Source: Chloroflexota bacterium (lineage in GTDB: Bacteria; Chloroflexota; Dehalococcoidia; GIF9; AB-539-J10). From it: a DNA stretch of 64,000 nucleotides. Positions within the stretch are counted from its first letter, which is position 1. The number at the start of each line of letters is the position of its first letter. A program made the translations under genes and the position numbers. Positions 10,886 through 21,086 of the stretch are shown here, one piece after another. The stretch spans positions 4,418 through 68,417 of the forward strand of contig JAYENW010000001.1 in the NCBI GenBank assembly GCA_034722275.1. The letters are read 5' to 3'. The notes beneath the pieces are model-generated. The model made no database searches. It was not told the origin of the DNA and saw nothing but the letters and a program-made list of their open reading frames with translations.

Positions 10886-12208
10886 TTATTTCAGGAAACC
10901 CTCGTAGCGGCGCATAGTTAATTGAGCCTCCAATTGCTTCATAGTATCCAAAGCGACACCTACAGCTATCAATAGGGCAGTGCTGGAGAGAGTTAAAGCG
11001 CGAACATCAGTAATTTCCCGGGCAATAAATGGCATAATTGCCACGATTCCCAGGAAGAGGGCACCACCAAAGGTGAGGTTCTTTATGGTTTTGTTGAGGT
11101 AGTCAGCGGTTGCCTTTCCGGGACGAACCCCGGGAATAAAGCCGCCTTGCTGCTGTAGGGTTTGGGGCAGGCTCATTTGCTCAAATATAATCATGGTATA
11201 GAAATAGGCAAATGCCATCGTTAATAAAAAGTATGGTATCCAGTAGGCTAAGCCTATAGGAGCAGCATTCCCCGAATTGAAAATATAATAGATATTGTTC
11301 CAGAAATTTGGATTTTGGCCTCCTGGGTTCATGAACCAGGTGGCTATCATTCCCGGAAATTGCATCAGAGCTATGGCGAAAATAAGAGGAATCATTCCTG
11401 CGGTATTTACTCGTAGGGGAATATAAGTTGAGCCTGATTGGCGATACAAGCGGCCAGCGCGGAAGCTGCTGCGGGCGTATTGAACCGGGATACGGCGGTG
11501 GGCCTCGGTAAAGATTACTATGAATACCAAAGTTAGCAGGCCCAGTATGATGAAGGTAGTCAACCCCAGGGGATTTGCCTTGGCGATGAAGGCGCTCCCA
11601 ACCATACTGGGCAGGCTGGCTACAATGCCAGCGAAGATTATTAAAGAGATGCCGTTTCCCACTCCGCGTTCAGTAATCAGCTCTCCCAGCCAGACGAGAA
11701 ATATGGTGGTAGCGGTCATTGATAGTATTATACAGGCGGTGGTTGCTGGCTCAAGATTGCTGATGATTGGGGGAGTTTGAGCGCGCAGTATAGCTAGCAG
11801 ACCATAGCCCTGGAGGGCTGCCAAAGGTAAGGTAAGCAGATGAGTAGTTCTGTTGATCTTGCGCTGGCCAGCTTCTCCCTGTTGAGACAAAGCCTGAAGA
11901 GAAGGAATGACCGGAACCAATAATTGCATGATGATAGAAGCGGTGATATAAGGGTAAACACCCATGGCAGCCACGCTGAAACGCTTCATGGCGCCGCCAC
12001 TGAACAGGTCAAGCATGCCGTAAAGTTGATTTTGCCCAAAAAGATTCTCTAATGCATGGATGTCTACACCTGGTAAAGGAACATGAGCCAGGAAACGGAA
12101 AGCTACCAGAATGCCCAAGGTAAAAAGAATCTTTCGCCTCAAGTCTGGCAGAGTGAACATGTCTACCATGGCCTGAATGAGGCGTGGCTGATTTTTTGTG
12201 CGCTGCAT
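10886..12208 (-). CDS. secY: Preprotein translocase subunit SecY
   Basis: 10 TM-type hydrophobic profile, ...IFAGIVASLP..., start trimmed to ATG 12206-12208 (longer ORF overlaps rplO). Confidence 0.9.
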   Translation of the reverse strand: MQRTKNQPRLIQAMVDMFTLPDLRRKILFTLGILVAFRFLAHVPLPGVDIHALENLFGQNQLYGMLDLFSGGAMKRFSVAAMGVYPYITASIIMQLLVPVIPSLQALSQQGEAGQRKINRTTHLLTLPLAALQGYGLLAILRAQTPPIISNLEPATTACIILSMTATTIFLVWLGELITERGVGNGISLIIFAGIVASLPSMVGSAFIAKANPLGLTTFIILGLLTLVFIVIFTEAHRRIPVQYARSSFRAGRLYRQSGSTYIPLRVNTAGMIPLIFAIALMQFPGMIATWFMNPGGQNPNFWNNIYYIFNSGNAAPIGLAYWIPYFLLTMAFAYFYTMIIFEQMSLPQTLQQQGGFIPGVRPGKATADYLNKTIKNLTFGGALFLGIVAIMPFIAREITDVRALTLSSTALLIAVGVALDTMKQLEAQLTMRRYEGFLK

Positions 12209-12209
12209 G

Positions 12210-12653
12210 CTAAATCTTCTGTACTTCCCCCCCGGCAGCGATGATCTTCTTCTCTGCAGTAGCTGAGAGTTTGTTGACCTTAACCAGCAGTGGGCGATGG
12301 ATATCACCTCCACCAAGAATTTTAGTGGGCAGGCCCGCTGATTTAATCAATCTTGCCTGGAATAGCTCTTCGGGAGTCACTGTGGTGTTCGGAGAGAAAA
12401 TGTCGAGCTTTCCTACATTGATGATGTTGTAGTTTACTCTAAATATGTTGGTGAAGCCTCTCTTGCTGGGCAATTTTTTTATCAGTGGCAGTTGGCCACC
12501 CTCGAAGCCAAGGCGTACACCACCACCGGAGCGAGACTTTTGTCCTTTACTGCCTCTTCCTGAATAGCACCCATGCCCACTGCTATCACCTCGCCCTACG
12601 CGCTTTCTCTTGTGTTTGGCACCTGTAGGAGGTTTTAATTCATTTTGCTTCAT
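12210..12653 (-). CDS. rplO: 50S ribosomal protein L15
   Basis: ...KRVGRGDSSGHGCYSGRGSKGQKSRSGGG... uL15 glycine-rich N-terminus. Confidence 0.95.
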   Translation of the reverse strand: MKQNELKPPTGAKHKRKRVGRGDSSGHGCYSGRGSKGQKSRSGGGVRLGFEGGQLPLIKKLPSKRGFTNIFRVNYNIINVGKLDIFSPNTTVTPEELFQARLIKSAGLPTKILGGGDIHRPLLVKVNKLSATAEKKIIAAGGEVQKI

Positions 12654-13155
12654 TTGTTTCAGTTCCTGTTTCTTTGGTTTTTTGGAGATTGGTCAAAGCT
12701 ACCATGGTGGCCTTGACCACATTGATTCGATTTGAACTGCCCAGCGATTTACTGATGATGTTCCTTATGCCAGCCAGTTCCAAAACTGCGTGGATGGTAG
12801 TGCTGGCGATCAAACCAGTTCCCGGCGCTGCTGGTTTTAACAAAACTTTAGATGCTCCAAATTTGGCCAGGATTTCGTGAGGGATGGTGCCATTTAAGAT
12901 GGGTGTTTCAACCATTCTTTTTTTCGCTGTGGCGCTTGCCTTATGGGTGGCATCGGGCACTCCCCCTGCTTTGGCTAAACCAAACCCAACATGCCCCTTC
13001 CCATCGCCGACAACAACCAGAGCCCTGAAACGAGGGTGTTTGCCACCTTTAACAACTTTGGTCACACGGTCAAGGGCTACCAATTTCTCTTCTACTTCAA
13101 GCTCAGAGCTGACATTTTTCAATTTCTCTGTCTGCATCTTGCTAACTGCTTTCAT
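12640..13155 (-). CDS. rpsE: 30S ribosomal protein S5
   Basis: ...[34 protein letters not shown]... uS5; 3' end overlaps rplO start, so no rpmD (L30) in between. Confidence 0.95.
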   Translation of the reverse strand: MKAVSKMQTEKLKNVSSELEVEEKLVALDRVTKVVKGGKHPRFRALVVVGDGKGHVGFGLAKAGGVPDATHKASATAKKRMVETPILNGTIPHEILAKFGASKVLLKPAAPGTGLIASTTIHAVLELAGIRNIISKSLGSSNRINVVKATMVALTNLQKTKETGTETNEAK

Positions 13156-13517
13156 AGCTCTAACCCCGCTTTTCTGGCAGCCTCAGCTAAAGCCTTAACT
13201 CTGCCGTGATACTTGTATCCTCCACGGTCAAAGACAGCATGGTTTATTCCCTTGTTCAGCGCTTTCTGGGCAAGCAGTGTTCCCACTAATTCGGCTCTCT
13301 TTGTTTTAGGCATGCCATTGCTCTTGTTTTTAACTTCGTGCTCAACGGTGCTCGCAGAAACTAAGGTTTGTCCTTTAGAATCATCAATAAGTTGAGCATA
13401 AATGTGATTCAAGCTTCGGAAAACCCCCAGGCGGGGATATGATGTTGTGCCAATTACCTTTTTTCTTACTCGCTTGTGGCGTATTCTGTGCGTTGCTGTT
13501 ATATTTATTTTAGCCAT
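13152..13517 (-). CDS. rplR: 50S ribosomal protein L18
   Basis: ...[29 protein letters not shown]... uL18. Confidence 0.95.
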   Translation of the reverse strand: MAKINITATHRIRHKRVRKKVIGTTSYPRLGVFRSLNHIYAQLIDDSKGQTLVSASTVEHEVKNKSNGMPKTKRAELVGTLLAQKALNKGINHAVFDRGGYKYHGRVKALAEAARKAGLEL

Positions 13518-13528
13518 TTTTGCTATAA

Positions 13529-14080
13529 CTACCTCTTACCTAATGCCTTAGCTGATTTGCCGGGCTTGAGATGAAGTTTTTCCCCTCTATATTTAATGCC
13601 TTTCCCTTTATAACGGTCTGGAGGGTGTATGGCTCGAATTTTAGCGGCTACTTCCCCAACAGTTTCTTTATCAATGCCAGTGACATGGATAATATTTGTA
13701 CCTTGGATGCTTACATCCACACTTGGAGGTGGTGAAAATTCTATTGTATTAGCATACCCTACCTGGAATACCAATTTGTTACCAATTTTTTGTGCTTTAT
13801 AGCCTACGCCACTTATCTCCAGAATTTTCTCAAAACCTTTACTCACCCCTTCAACCATATTAGCTAAAAGGCTTCTGGTGAGCCCGTGCAAGGAGCGATG
13901 AACCCTGTTGTCACTGGGCCGGGTCACAAGCAGGCTGCCATCCTCTAAAGTGATGGAAATATCAGGGTGAAAACAGCGCGCTAGTTTTCCCTTGCTTCCT
14001 TCCACCGTTACTTCACTTCCATCAAATTTTACCTTCACATCCTGAGGTACAAGGATGGGAAGGGAACCGATATGTGACAT
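13529..14080 (-). CDS. rplF: 50S ribosomal protein L6
   Basis: 183 aa, [31 protein letters not shown] uL6. Confidence 0.95.
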   Translation of the reverse strand: MSHIGSLPILVPQDVKVKFDGSEVTVEGSKGKLARCFHPDISITLEDGSLLVTRPSDNRVHRSLHGLTRSLLANMVEGVSKGFEKILEISGVGYKAQKIGNKLVFQVGYANTIEFSPPPSVDVSIQGTNIIHVTGIDKETVGEVAAKIRAIHPPDRYKGKGIKYRGEKLHLKPGKSAKALGKR

Positions 14081-14114
14081 AACTTATTACTCCTGTTCGC
14101 GATTCTTCATCAAT

Positions 14115-14507
14115 TTACCATACACGGCATAAAAATTCTCCACCAAGGTGATTTCTCCATGCCTCCTGGCCACTCATAATACCTTTGGGCGTGGATAGGA
14201 TGGCAATTCCCAGTCCTCCATAGACGCGCGGGATTTCATGTTGTCCAACGTAAACTCTCAAGCCTGGCTTACTCACCCTTTCCAATCCCAGTATCGCTGG
14301 TTGGCCATCTGTATATTTGAGGCTAATTTTTATCATTGGTTGGGGTTTGTTCTTCAGCACTTCGCAGTTGGCAACAAATCCTTCTTGCTTAAGTATCTTG
14401 GCAACGGAGAATTTCATCTCGGAAAAAGGCACAAGCACATCATCATGCCTTACCATTATGGCATTTCGTATTCGAGTCAACATATCAGCAATAGGATCAG
14501 TAACCAT
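14115..14507 (-). CDS. rpsH: 30S ribosomal protein S8
   Basis: [16 protein letters not shown] uS8. Confidence 0.95.
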   Translation of the reverse strand: MVTDPIADMLTRIRNAIMVRHDDVLVPFSEMKFSVAKILKQEGFVANCEVLKNKPQPMIKISLKYTDGQPAILGLERVSKPGLRVYVGQHEIPRVYGGLGIAILSTPKGIMSGQEAWRNHLGGEFLCRVW

Positions 14508-14517
14508 TAAAGACTCC

Positions 14518-14703
14518 TCACCAACTAGATTTCCTTACTCCAGGGATTATGCCATTTACAGCAAGCTGGCGAAAACAAAGACGGCATAAGCCAAATTTGC
14601 GCATATAAGCACGCGGTCTGCCACATAGTTGACAGCGGTTGCGTTGTCGCACTTTATATTTTGGAATGCGCTTCGATTTTGCAATCATACATTTTTTTGC
14701 CAT
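14518..14703 (-). CDS. rpsZ: 30S ribosomal protein S14 type Z (zinc-binding, 61 aa)
   Basis: [46 protein letters not shown] with CxxC...CxxC. Confidence 0.95.
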   Translation of the reverse strand: MAKKCMIAKSKRIPKYKVRQRNRCQLCGRPRAYMRKFGLCRLCFRQLAVNGIIPGVRKSSW

Positions 14704-14704
14704 G

Positions 14705-15250
14705 TCAATCTCTCCTAAGCGGCATGCCCATAAGTTCTAGCAAGCTCTTGGCTTCATCACGATTTTTGGCTGTGGTAACGATGGTTACTTGAAGCCCTCG
14801 AAGCTTGTCGATTTTATCGTAATCTACTTCGGGGAAAACTATCTGCTCTTTTATACCTATATTGTAGTTCCCTTGGTTATCAAATGAGTTTTTGGACAAT
14901 CCACGGAAGTCACGAAAACGCGGCAAGACAATGTTAATTAGTTTGTCCAAGAAGTCATACATTTTTTTGCCTCTCAGTGTCGCCATCATGCCGATAGGCA
15001 TTCCTGACCTTACCTTAAATGAGGCAATTGATTTTTTTGCTTTGGTAATCACCGGGTGTTGCCCGCATATCATGGTTAGGTCGCTCTCTGCTGCTTCTAA
15101 AGCTTTGGGATTTTGTGTTGCTTCACCTAAGCCGATATTAATAACCACCTTTTCCAGACGGGGTAGCTGCATCACATTGGTGTAACCCAGCCTTTCTTTA
15201 AGCTCGGGAACTATTTCTTTAAAATATTTTTCTTTAAGTCTGGAAGCCAT
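14705..15250 (-). CDS. rplE: 50S ribosomal protein L5
   Basis: [44 protein letters not shown] uL5. Confidence 0.95.
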   Translation of the reverse strand: MASRLKEKYFKEIVPELKERLGYTNVMQLPRLEKVVINIGLGEATQNPKALEAAESDLTMICGQHPVITKAKKSIASFKVRSGMPIGMMATLRGKKMYDFLDKLINIVLPRFRDFRGLSKNSFDNQGNYNIGIKEQIVFPEVDYDKIDKLRGLQVTIVTTAKNRDEAKSLLELMGMPLRRD

Positions 15251-15286
15251 TAAATACTCTCATATCTTGATAATCAACTAAATAGG

Positions 15287-15598
15287 TTAATCAATTACCT
15301 CCCCACAGGAGTGACAAATTCTCACTTTCTTGCCATCCTCAAGAAAGTGGAAACCCACTCTGGTAGGTTTACCACACTTATTACACATCAACATTACTTT
15401 GGATATGGGGAGTGGGGCTTCGAGTTCGATTATGCCAGCTTGTCGTGCTGCTCTCTGAGCTCGAGAATGGCGTTTAATCATATTAAGCCCTTCCACTATG
15501 ACTTTCTTTTCCTTGGGCAGAACACGCCGCACCTTACCTTTTCCTCCTTTGTCTTTACCAGCAAGGATAACCACAGTATCGTTTTTCCTGATTTTCAT
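15287..15598 (-). CDS. rplX: 50S ribosomal protein L24 (KOW domain; C-terminal Cys4 motif)
   Basis: MKIRKNDTVVILAGKDKGGKGKV KOW; C-terminus CNKCGKPTRV...CHSCGE. Confidence 0.9.
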   Translation of the reverse strand: MKIRKNDTVVILAGKDKGGKGKVRRVLPKEKKVIVEGLNMIKRHSRAQRAARQAGIIELEAPLPISKVMLMCNKCGKPTRVGFHFLEDGKKVRICHSCGEVID

Positions 15599-15599
15599 C

Positions 15600-15968
15600 T
15601 TAAAGCACCTCTGGAGCCAAAGATATTATTTTGGTAAATTTCTTATCTCTGAGCTCACGAGCCACTGGTCCAAAAACACGGCTCCCTTTAGGATTATTTC
15701 TCTCTCCAAGAATAACGACAGCATTATCATCGAATCTTATATAAGAGCCGTCAAAGCGGCGATAAGGCTTAACTACACGCACAACTACAGCTTTAACTAG
15801 CTCTCCTTGTGTTACCATTCCATGAGGCATAGCTTTTTTTACTGTAGCAGTGATAATATCACCAACATGAGCATACCTCTTTCTCGTTCCACCGGGTATG
15901 CCAATACACATAATTTGTTTAGCTCCAGTGTTATCTGTTGCCTTGAGCCTGGTGTAATTCTGAATCAT
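15600..15968 (-). CDS. rplN: 50S ribosomal protein L14
   Basis: [24 protein letters not shown] uL14. Confidence 0.95.
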   Translation of the reverse strand: MIQNYTRLKATDNTGAKQIMCIGIPGGTRKRYAHVGDIITATVKKAMPHGMVTQGELVKAVVVRVVKPYRRFDGSYIRFDDNAVVILGERNNPKGSRVFGPVARELRDKKFTKIISLAPEVL

Positions 15969-15972
15969 TTCC

Positions 15973-16266
15973 TTAAGTAGCCAGAATCGAAGAACTGCTG
16001 GCTGTTCCCTCTATCGTTTTTGTTTTCTCCTCAGATATGATCTCTGCTACTCGCCACCTCTTTTCTTTAGATAAAGGGCGAGTTTCGATAATCTTTACTT
16101 TATCCCCGATTTGGCAAGTTTCATTCTCGTCATGAGCTTTATATTTCTTGACTATTCTGATTTTTTTGTAGGGTGGATGTGCCTTGAAAGTTTGCACCGT
16201 TACTACTACGGTCTTATCCATGTGAGTGCTCACTACTTGCCCAATTCTAGATTTTCTCTTTGCCAT
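15973..16266 (-). CDS. rpsQ: 30S ribosomal protein S17
   Basis: [26 protein letters not shown]...; start trimmed to ATG 16264-16266 just after rpmC stop. Confidence 0.9.
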   Translation of the reverse strand: MAKRKSRIGQVVSTHMDKTVVVTVQTFKAHPPYKKIRIVKKYKAHDENETCQIGDKVKIIETRPLSKEKRWRVAEIISEEKTKTIEGTASSSSILAT

Positions 16267-16271
16267 AGCCT

Positions 16272-16469
16272 TCACCTGATATCCAGTTCTTTTTCTCGCA
16301 AGATAGTCTCTATCCTGGCGATCCTTTTTTTCACCTTGGGAATTTCGCAATGATTGACCAGTTGTCGTGTGGCGAGTCTGAAGCGGAGGTTAAAAAGCTC
16401 CTCATGGGCTTCTTCTAACTTTGTTCGCAGCTCTTTGTCAGTAAGAGATCGAATCTCCTCAACTTTCAT
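16272..16469 (-). CDS. rpmC: 50S ribosomal protein L29
   Basis: [37 protein letters not shown] uL29; ATG 16467-16469. Confidence 0.9.
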   Translation of the reverse strand: MKVEEIRSLTDKELRTKLEEAHEELFNLRFRLATRQLVNHCEIPKVKKRIARIETILREKELDIR

Positions 16470-16884
16470 CTTTATGTCCTTCTTTAAGAACGAAGCTGGT
16501 GGTGATGGGGAGCTTGTGTGAAGCAAGGCGGCTCGCCTCACGAGCTGAGGTCTCCGTGATACCAGTTAACTCGAACATTATTCTGTCCCGCTTGACTACA
16601 GCTACCCAGTGGTCAGGAGCGCCTTTACCACTGCCCATCCTCGTCTCGGCGGGTTTTTTAGTCACAGCCTTATCGGGAAAGATGCGTATCCATAATTTCC
16701 CGCTACGGCGTAGATAGCGTACGAACACGCGACGGGCAGCTTCAATCTGCCTTGCCGTAATCCAGGCAGATTCGTCAGCCCTGAGGCCAAAGTCACCAAA
16801 GGCAACAAAGTTACCCTTTGTGCTTTTGCCTTTCATTCTTCCTCTATGTAGCTTGCGATACTTCACTCGCTTTGGCTGTAACAC
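16459..16884 (-). CDS. rplP: 50S ribosomal protein L16
   Basis: (V)[18 protein letters not shown] uL16 N-terminus; probable GTG start 16882-16884 overlapping rpsC 3' end; start uncertain. Confidence 0.85.
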   Translation of the reverse strand: MLQPKRVKYRKLHRGRMKGKSTKGNFVAFGDFGLRADESAWITARQIEAARRVFVRYLRRSGKLWIRIFPDKAVTKKPAETRMGSGKGAPDHWVAVVKRDRIMFELTGITETSAREASRLASHKLPITTSFVLKEGHKDES

Positions 16885-17524
16885 TTCCTTCAGTCCTTTC
16901 AGGAATGATATCACCCCTGTAAATCCATACTTTGACCCCGATGCGTCCCGTGAGGGTATGGGCTTCAGTGAACCCATAATCGACGTCAGAATGTAGTGTA
17001 TGTAGAGGCACACGTTTTTGGCGAACACCCTCTGTGCGGGCAATTTCCGCTCCACCAAGCCTTCCGCTGCATCTTACTTTTATCCCTTTGGCACCGGCCT
17101 CCAGGGTTCTATAAACTGCCTGTCTCATTACTCGACGAAACGGGATGCCATCCTCGATACGGTCGGCCATATTCTGCGCTACAAGGCAAGCCTGGAGTTG
17201 AGGTGTCTCAATTTCTTTAATGGTTAGCCTGATTTTTCCATTAATGGTTTTCTCCAGTTTCCTTTTCAGGTTTTCGACGTTTTGCCCACCTCGCCCAATC
17301 AAAATGCCTGGGCGAGCGGCGTAAAGTGTTATATATATTCCGTCTCCTGGCCGCTCAATTTCTACACGGGCAATGCCTGCTTCTCGGGATTTTAGTTCGA
17401 TAACTTGGCGTAATTTCAGGTCCTCTTGTAGCAGATGAGCAAAATCCTTCTTGGCATACCATTTCGCGTCCCAAGTGCGGAAGGTGCCCAACCTAAAACC
17501 TAGAGGATGCACTTTTTGTCCCAA
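16844..17524 (-). CDS. rpsC: 30S ribosomal protein S3
   Basis: [24 protein letters not shown] uS3 KH domain. Confidence 0.95.
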   Translation of the reverse strand: MGQKVHPLGFRLGTFRTWDAKWYAKKDFAHLLQEDLKLRQVIELKSREAGIARVEIERPGDGIYITLYAARPGILIGRGGQNVENLKRKLEKTINGKIRLTIKEIETPQLQACLVAQNMADRIEDGIPFRRVMRQAVYRTLEAGAKGIKVRCSGRLGGAEIARTEGVRQKRVPLHTLHSDVDYGFTEAHTLTGRIGVKVWIYRGDIIPERTEGSVTAKASEVSQAT

Positions 17525-17526
17525 AG

Positions 17527-17865
17527 TTACTTTACCTCCTCATCAACGAAAACTGTGATATGGCTAGACCGTTTTAAAATAGGGCTTATGCGTCCCCGGG
17601 ACTGGGGCCGAAATCTCTTTAAGGTATGTCCTTTATCAGCGGAGATGGCGATGATCTTGAGGTCGGCGGGGGACATCTGGAAATTATTCTCAGCATTGGC
17701 TGCCGCTGATTTGATTACCTTGGCGACAGCTTTAGCTGTTGGTGTGGGGACAAAGTTAAGAATAGTTAGAGCTTCATCCACTTTCTTGCCCCTGACCATA
17801 TCCACCACGAGGCGAACTTTTTGTGGGGAGATACCCACATCTTTAGCTGCAGCTTTGACCTTCAT
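17527..17865 (-). CDS. rplV: 50S ribosomal protein L22
   Basis: MKVKAAAKDVGISPQKVRLVVDMVRGKKVDEAL uL22. Confidence 0.95.
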   Translation of the reverse strand: MKVKAAAKDVGISPQKVRLVVDMVRGKKVDEALTILNFVPTPTAKAVAKVIKSAAANAENNFQMSPADLKIIAISADKGHTLKRFRPQSRGRISPILKRSSHITVFVDEEVK

Positions 17866-17871
17866 GATATC

Positions 17872-18162
17872 TTATTTTCTTTTCTTCTGAACAGTTACCT
17901 GGGCTTTGGTGGTATGCCCATGGAAGGTTCGCGTGGGTGCGAATTCTGCCAGTTTATGCCCCACCATATTTTCAGTAATAAAGACAGGTATGTGCTTTCT
18001 CCCATTATGTACTGCGATAGTATGGCCCAGCATCTGAGGCAGGATGGTGGAAGAGCGTGACCAGGTCTTTATCACTGCCTTCTCTTTAGAGCGGTTGAGC
18101 AATTCTATTTTCTTAAGCAATTTAGCATCGTAGTAAGGGCCTTTTTTAATTGATCGTGACAC
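17872..18162 (-). CDS. rpsS: 30S ribosomal protein S19
   Basis: [19 protein letters not shown]...[33 protein letters not shown] uS19. Confidence 0.95.
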   Translation of the reverse strand: MSRSIKKGPYYDAKLLKKIELLNRSKEKAVIKTWSRSSTILPQMLGHTIAVHNGRKHIPVFITENMVGHKLAEFAPTRTFHGHTTKAQVTVQKKRK

Positions 18163-18163
18163 T

Positions 18164-18988
18164 CTATTGTCTCCGTTTCACAATTAATTTCCCTGAAGTC
18201 TTGTTGGGACGACGCGTCCTGTGTCCCATAGTTGGCTGTCCCCGGGGACTCTTGGGTGGCATGCCTAGTGGGGCTCTGCCCTCGCCACCTCCATGAGGGT
18301 GGTCGCGAGGTGTCATGGCGGAGCCTCTGACTGTGGGGCGGAAGCCCAACCACCTCTTGCGGCCAGCTTTGCCCAAGATGATATTCTTATGCTCAATGTT
18401 GCCTATTTGACCGACAGTAGCCCAGCATTTGAGGTGAAATTTTCGCAGTTCTTTCGAAGGTAAGCGAAGCAAGGCATAATTGCCCTCTTTGCTTAAAATC
18501 TGAGCTGCAGCTCCGGCACTGTGGACAACCTGCCCCCCTTTACCAGGCACAAATTCAATATTGTGAACTAAGGTACCTGCAGGGATTGAACTCAGAGGCA
18601 AGGCGTTTCCTGGCTTTATCTCCACGTCTTCACCTGCTTTTATTACATCTCCCACGGTGAGTTCTACAGGGGCCAGGATATAGCGTTTTTCTCCATCAGC
18701 ATAATAAATCAAGGCAATCCTGGCTCCCCGATTGGGGTCATATTCAATAGAAGCTATCTTCCCGGGTATGCCGATTTTATCTCTTCTGAAATCGATAAGA
18801 CGCAACTTGCGCTTATTTCCGCCACCGCGGTGGCGCACAGTTATCACTCCCCGACTATTTCGCCCTGCATTCTTCTTTACAGGCAGAAGCAATGACTTCT
18901 CAGGAGACACCTTGGTTATCTCTTCAAAGGTGGCTCGTGACATAAGTCTCCTGCCTGGAGAAGTGGGTTTATAAGTCTTCAATGCCAT
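18164..18988 (-). CDS. rplB: 50S ribosomal protein L2
   Basis: [26 protein letters not shown]...[12 protein letters not shown] uL2. Confidence 0.95.
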   Translation of the reverse strand: MALKTYKPTSPGRRLMSRATFEEITKVSPEKSLLLPVKKNAGRNSRGVITVRHRGGGNKRKLRLIDFRRDKIGIPGKIASIEYDPNRGARIALIYYADGEKRYILAPVELTVGDVIKAGEDVEIKPGNALPLSSIPAGTLVHNIEFVPGKGGQVVHSAGAAAQILSKEGNYALLRLPSKELRKFHLKCWATVGQIGNIEHKNIILGKAGRKRWLGFRPTVRGSAMTPRDHPHGGGEGRAPLGMPPKSPRGQPTMGHRTRRPNKTSGKLIVKRRQ

Positions 18989-19150
18989 AATTTATCTCCA
19001 TTCATCACTTGTCTGGCAATGACTTTTCTAAGGATGTTTCCTTTGCCAGCGAGTCTTCTTCAGCCGCTTCTTATACTGATGCTTTGACATTTTTTTCTTT
19101 CTCCACTTAATAACTGAACCCAAATTCTTACTCCTAATAGCTGAAGTAGA

Positions 19151-19435
19151 TTATACTCCTTCAAATAAGGTTATTTTGTATCCCGGTTTCAGGGTGACTA
19201 TTGCCTTTTTCCACGATGAGCTGGTTACTTCGCGCTTGCCCATCCTCCTTGTCTTTCCTGGCATGGTCATCACGTTGACTTCAGCCACTTTTACTTTGAA
19301 GGCTTGTTCCACTGCTTCTTTGATCTGGAGCTTGTTAACTGTGCTGGCTACTTGAAAGGCGTATTTGTTGCTTTCCTGAAGCAAGGTAGCTTTCTCTGTA
19401 ACCAAAGGACGCCGCAGTACTTCATAAAGATGCAT
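19151..19435 (-). CDS. rplW: 50S ribosomal protein L23
   Basis: 94 aa, ...LRRPLVTEKATLLQESNKYAFQV... uL23. Confidence 0.9.
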   Translation of the reverse strand: MHLYEVLRRPLVTEKATLLQESNKYAFQVASTVNKLQIKEAVEQAFKVKVAEVNVMTMPGKTRRMGKREVTSSSWKKAIVTLKPGYKITLFEGV

Positions 19436-20069
19436 GATGAACCTTTTTCCTTCCCCAGATTTCTTCTATGGTCTGTATTCCTGATACAGTGGATATTAAT
19501 GTCTTATAAGAGAGTAAATCTAACACATTGATTAGAGCTGAAGACAGAATCTTAACATTGCTTAAATTTCTAGCTGATTTCACTATGTTGGGCAAGGAAT
19601 GTGAGGTAAGTACTAAAGCAGAGGCATCGACACCAAGCAGCCTTAGAAAGTTGGCCATGTTTTTCGTTTTGGCCTCTTCGAAGTCGAAATCTTCCACTAT
19701 CTTCATATTTCCCTCTCGGAGTTTGTTGGAAAGAAGACATTTGATGGCCAGGCGCCTCATCTTCGTGGGCATTGATTGCCGGGAGGAGCGTGGCTTGGGA
19801 CCAAAAGCTACTCCACCTCCCCTGAGGAGAGGTGATTTTGCATCTCCCCTGCGAGCTCTCCCTGTATGTTTCTGCATGTAGAGTTTTTTGCTGCTGCCTC
19901 TAATTTCGCCTCTGGTTTTGGCGGAAGCAGTACCCTGGCGACTATTGGCTAGCTGTCTTACCATTGCTTGGTGAACCACTGCTTCGTTGAAAGGAATGCC
20001 GAAGATGTCCTCGCTGATTTCCGCTTGGTCAATGACTTCACCCTCTAGATTATAAACTGGAGTTTCCAT
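19422..20069 (-). CDS. rplD: 50S ribosomal protein L4
   Basis: 215 aa uL4, follows rplC. Confidence 0.9.
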   Translation of the reverse strand: METPVYNLEGEVIDQAEISEDIFGIPFNEAVVHQAMVRQLANSRQGTASAKTRGEIRGSSKKLYMQKHTGRARRGDAKSPLLRGGGVAFGPKPRSSRQSMPTKMRRLAIKCLLSNKLREGNMKIVEDFDFEEAKTKNMANFLRLLGVDASALVLTSHSLPNIVKSARNLSNVKILSSALINVLDLLSYKTLISTVSGIQTIEEIWGRKKVHHASL

Positions 20070-20071
20070 TT

Positions 20072-20716
20072 CTATTCTTTGGCTTTCCTGATAATCAATA
20101 ATCCTCTGCTGGCTCCGGGCACTGCCCCTTTAAGTAGGAGCAAATTACGGTTTGGCTCAACTTGCAGGACTTGAATATTGTGTAATGTAATTTTTCTGTT
20201 TCCTAGGTGTCCTGCCATATGTTTACCTTTAAGCACTCGGCCTGGGGATGTTGTGGCACCAATTGAGCCAGGGGCACGGTGGCGGTCAGATTGCCCGTGA
20301 GTTTTAAATCCACCGGCGAAGTGGTAACGCTTTACCACACCGGCGAAGCCTTTACCTTTGGAAAAACCGCTTACGTTTACTAGGTCACCAGATTTTAAAA
20401 AGCTGACATCTACCTTATCACCGCGCTTGACCATCCCGGCATCTTCAATTCGAAACTCGCGCAGATAGCGGAACTTAGTCATATCTTTAAGATGCCCACT
20501 TTCTGGAGCATTAAGGTGTTTCGTTTCCTCAAAGCCTAGCTGGATGGCACTGTAACCATTTTCTGCTTGGGTCTTTAGCTGTGTTACTACACAGGGGCCC
20601 GCTTCCACAGCAGTTACCGCTGCTGCCTCACCACTCTCTTGGAGAAACTGGGTCATTCCTATTTTTCTACCAATAATACCTGTGAACATATCTTTGATGC
20701 CCTCTGTGTCATTCAT
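20072..20716 (-). CDS. rplC: 50S ribosomal protein L3
   Basis: ...FTGIIGRKIGMTQFL... uL3. Confidence 0.95.
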   Translation of the reverse strand: MNDTEGIKDMFTGIIGRKIGMTQFLQESGEAAAVTAVEAGPCVVTQLKTQAENGYSAIQLGFEETKHLNAPESGHLKDMTKFRYLREFRIEDAGMVKRGDKVDVSFLKSGDLVNVSGFSKGKGFAGVVKRYHFAGGFKTHGQSDRHRAPGSIGATTSPGRVLKGKHMAGHLGNRKITLHNIQVLQVEPNRNLLLLKGAVPGASRGLLIIRKAKE

Positions 20717-20766
20717 AATTCTTGAAATTATTTCGACTTATGCGTTCCATTAATTAAGAAAGCTGA

Positions 20767-21075
20767 TTATAGTTTAATATCTATTTCTACTCCAGATGCC
20801 AAATTGAGTTGAGTTAGAGAATCTACGGTTTTAGATGTTGGTTGCAGAATATCAATTAACCTCTTATGGGTTCGAATTTCAAACTGCTCTCTGGAATCCT
20901 TATCGATGTTGGGGGAGCGAATGACACAAAATTTCTCAATATGCGTGGGTAAAGGCACTGGCCCAGCGACTATAGCTCCAGTGCGCTCTGCCGTTTCCAC
21001 TATCTGCCTGGCTGCCTGATCGACCAATCTATGGTCGAAACCTTTCACTTTAACGCGAACTTTTTGACTGCTCAT
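20767..21075 (-). CDS. rpsJ: 30S ribosomal protein S10
   Basis: [29 protein letters not shown] uS10; 11 nt after fusA stop (no tuf between). Confidence 0.95.
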   Translation of the reverse strand: MSSQKVRVKVKGFDHRLVDQAARQIVETAERTGAIVAGPVPLPTHIEKFCVIRSPNIDKDSREQFEIRTHKRLIDILQPTSKTVDSLTQLNLASGVEIDIKL

Positions 21076-21086
21076 TTACCTTACTC

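Noticed and set aside
20860-20880. GGGTTCGAATT resembling a tRNA T-arm
   Set aside because: It is embedded in the rpsJ coding sequence. No acceptor/anticodon stem partners are found and no intergenic context exists.
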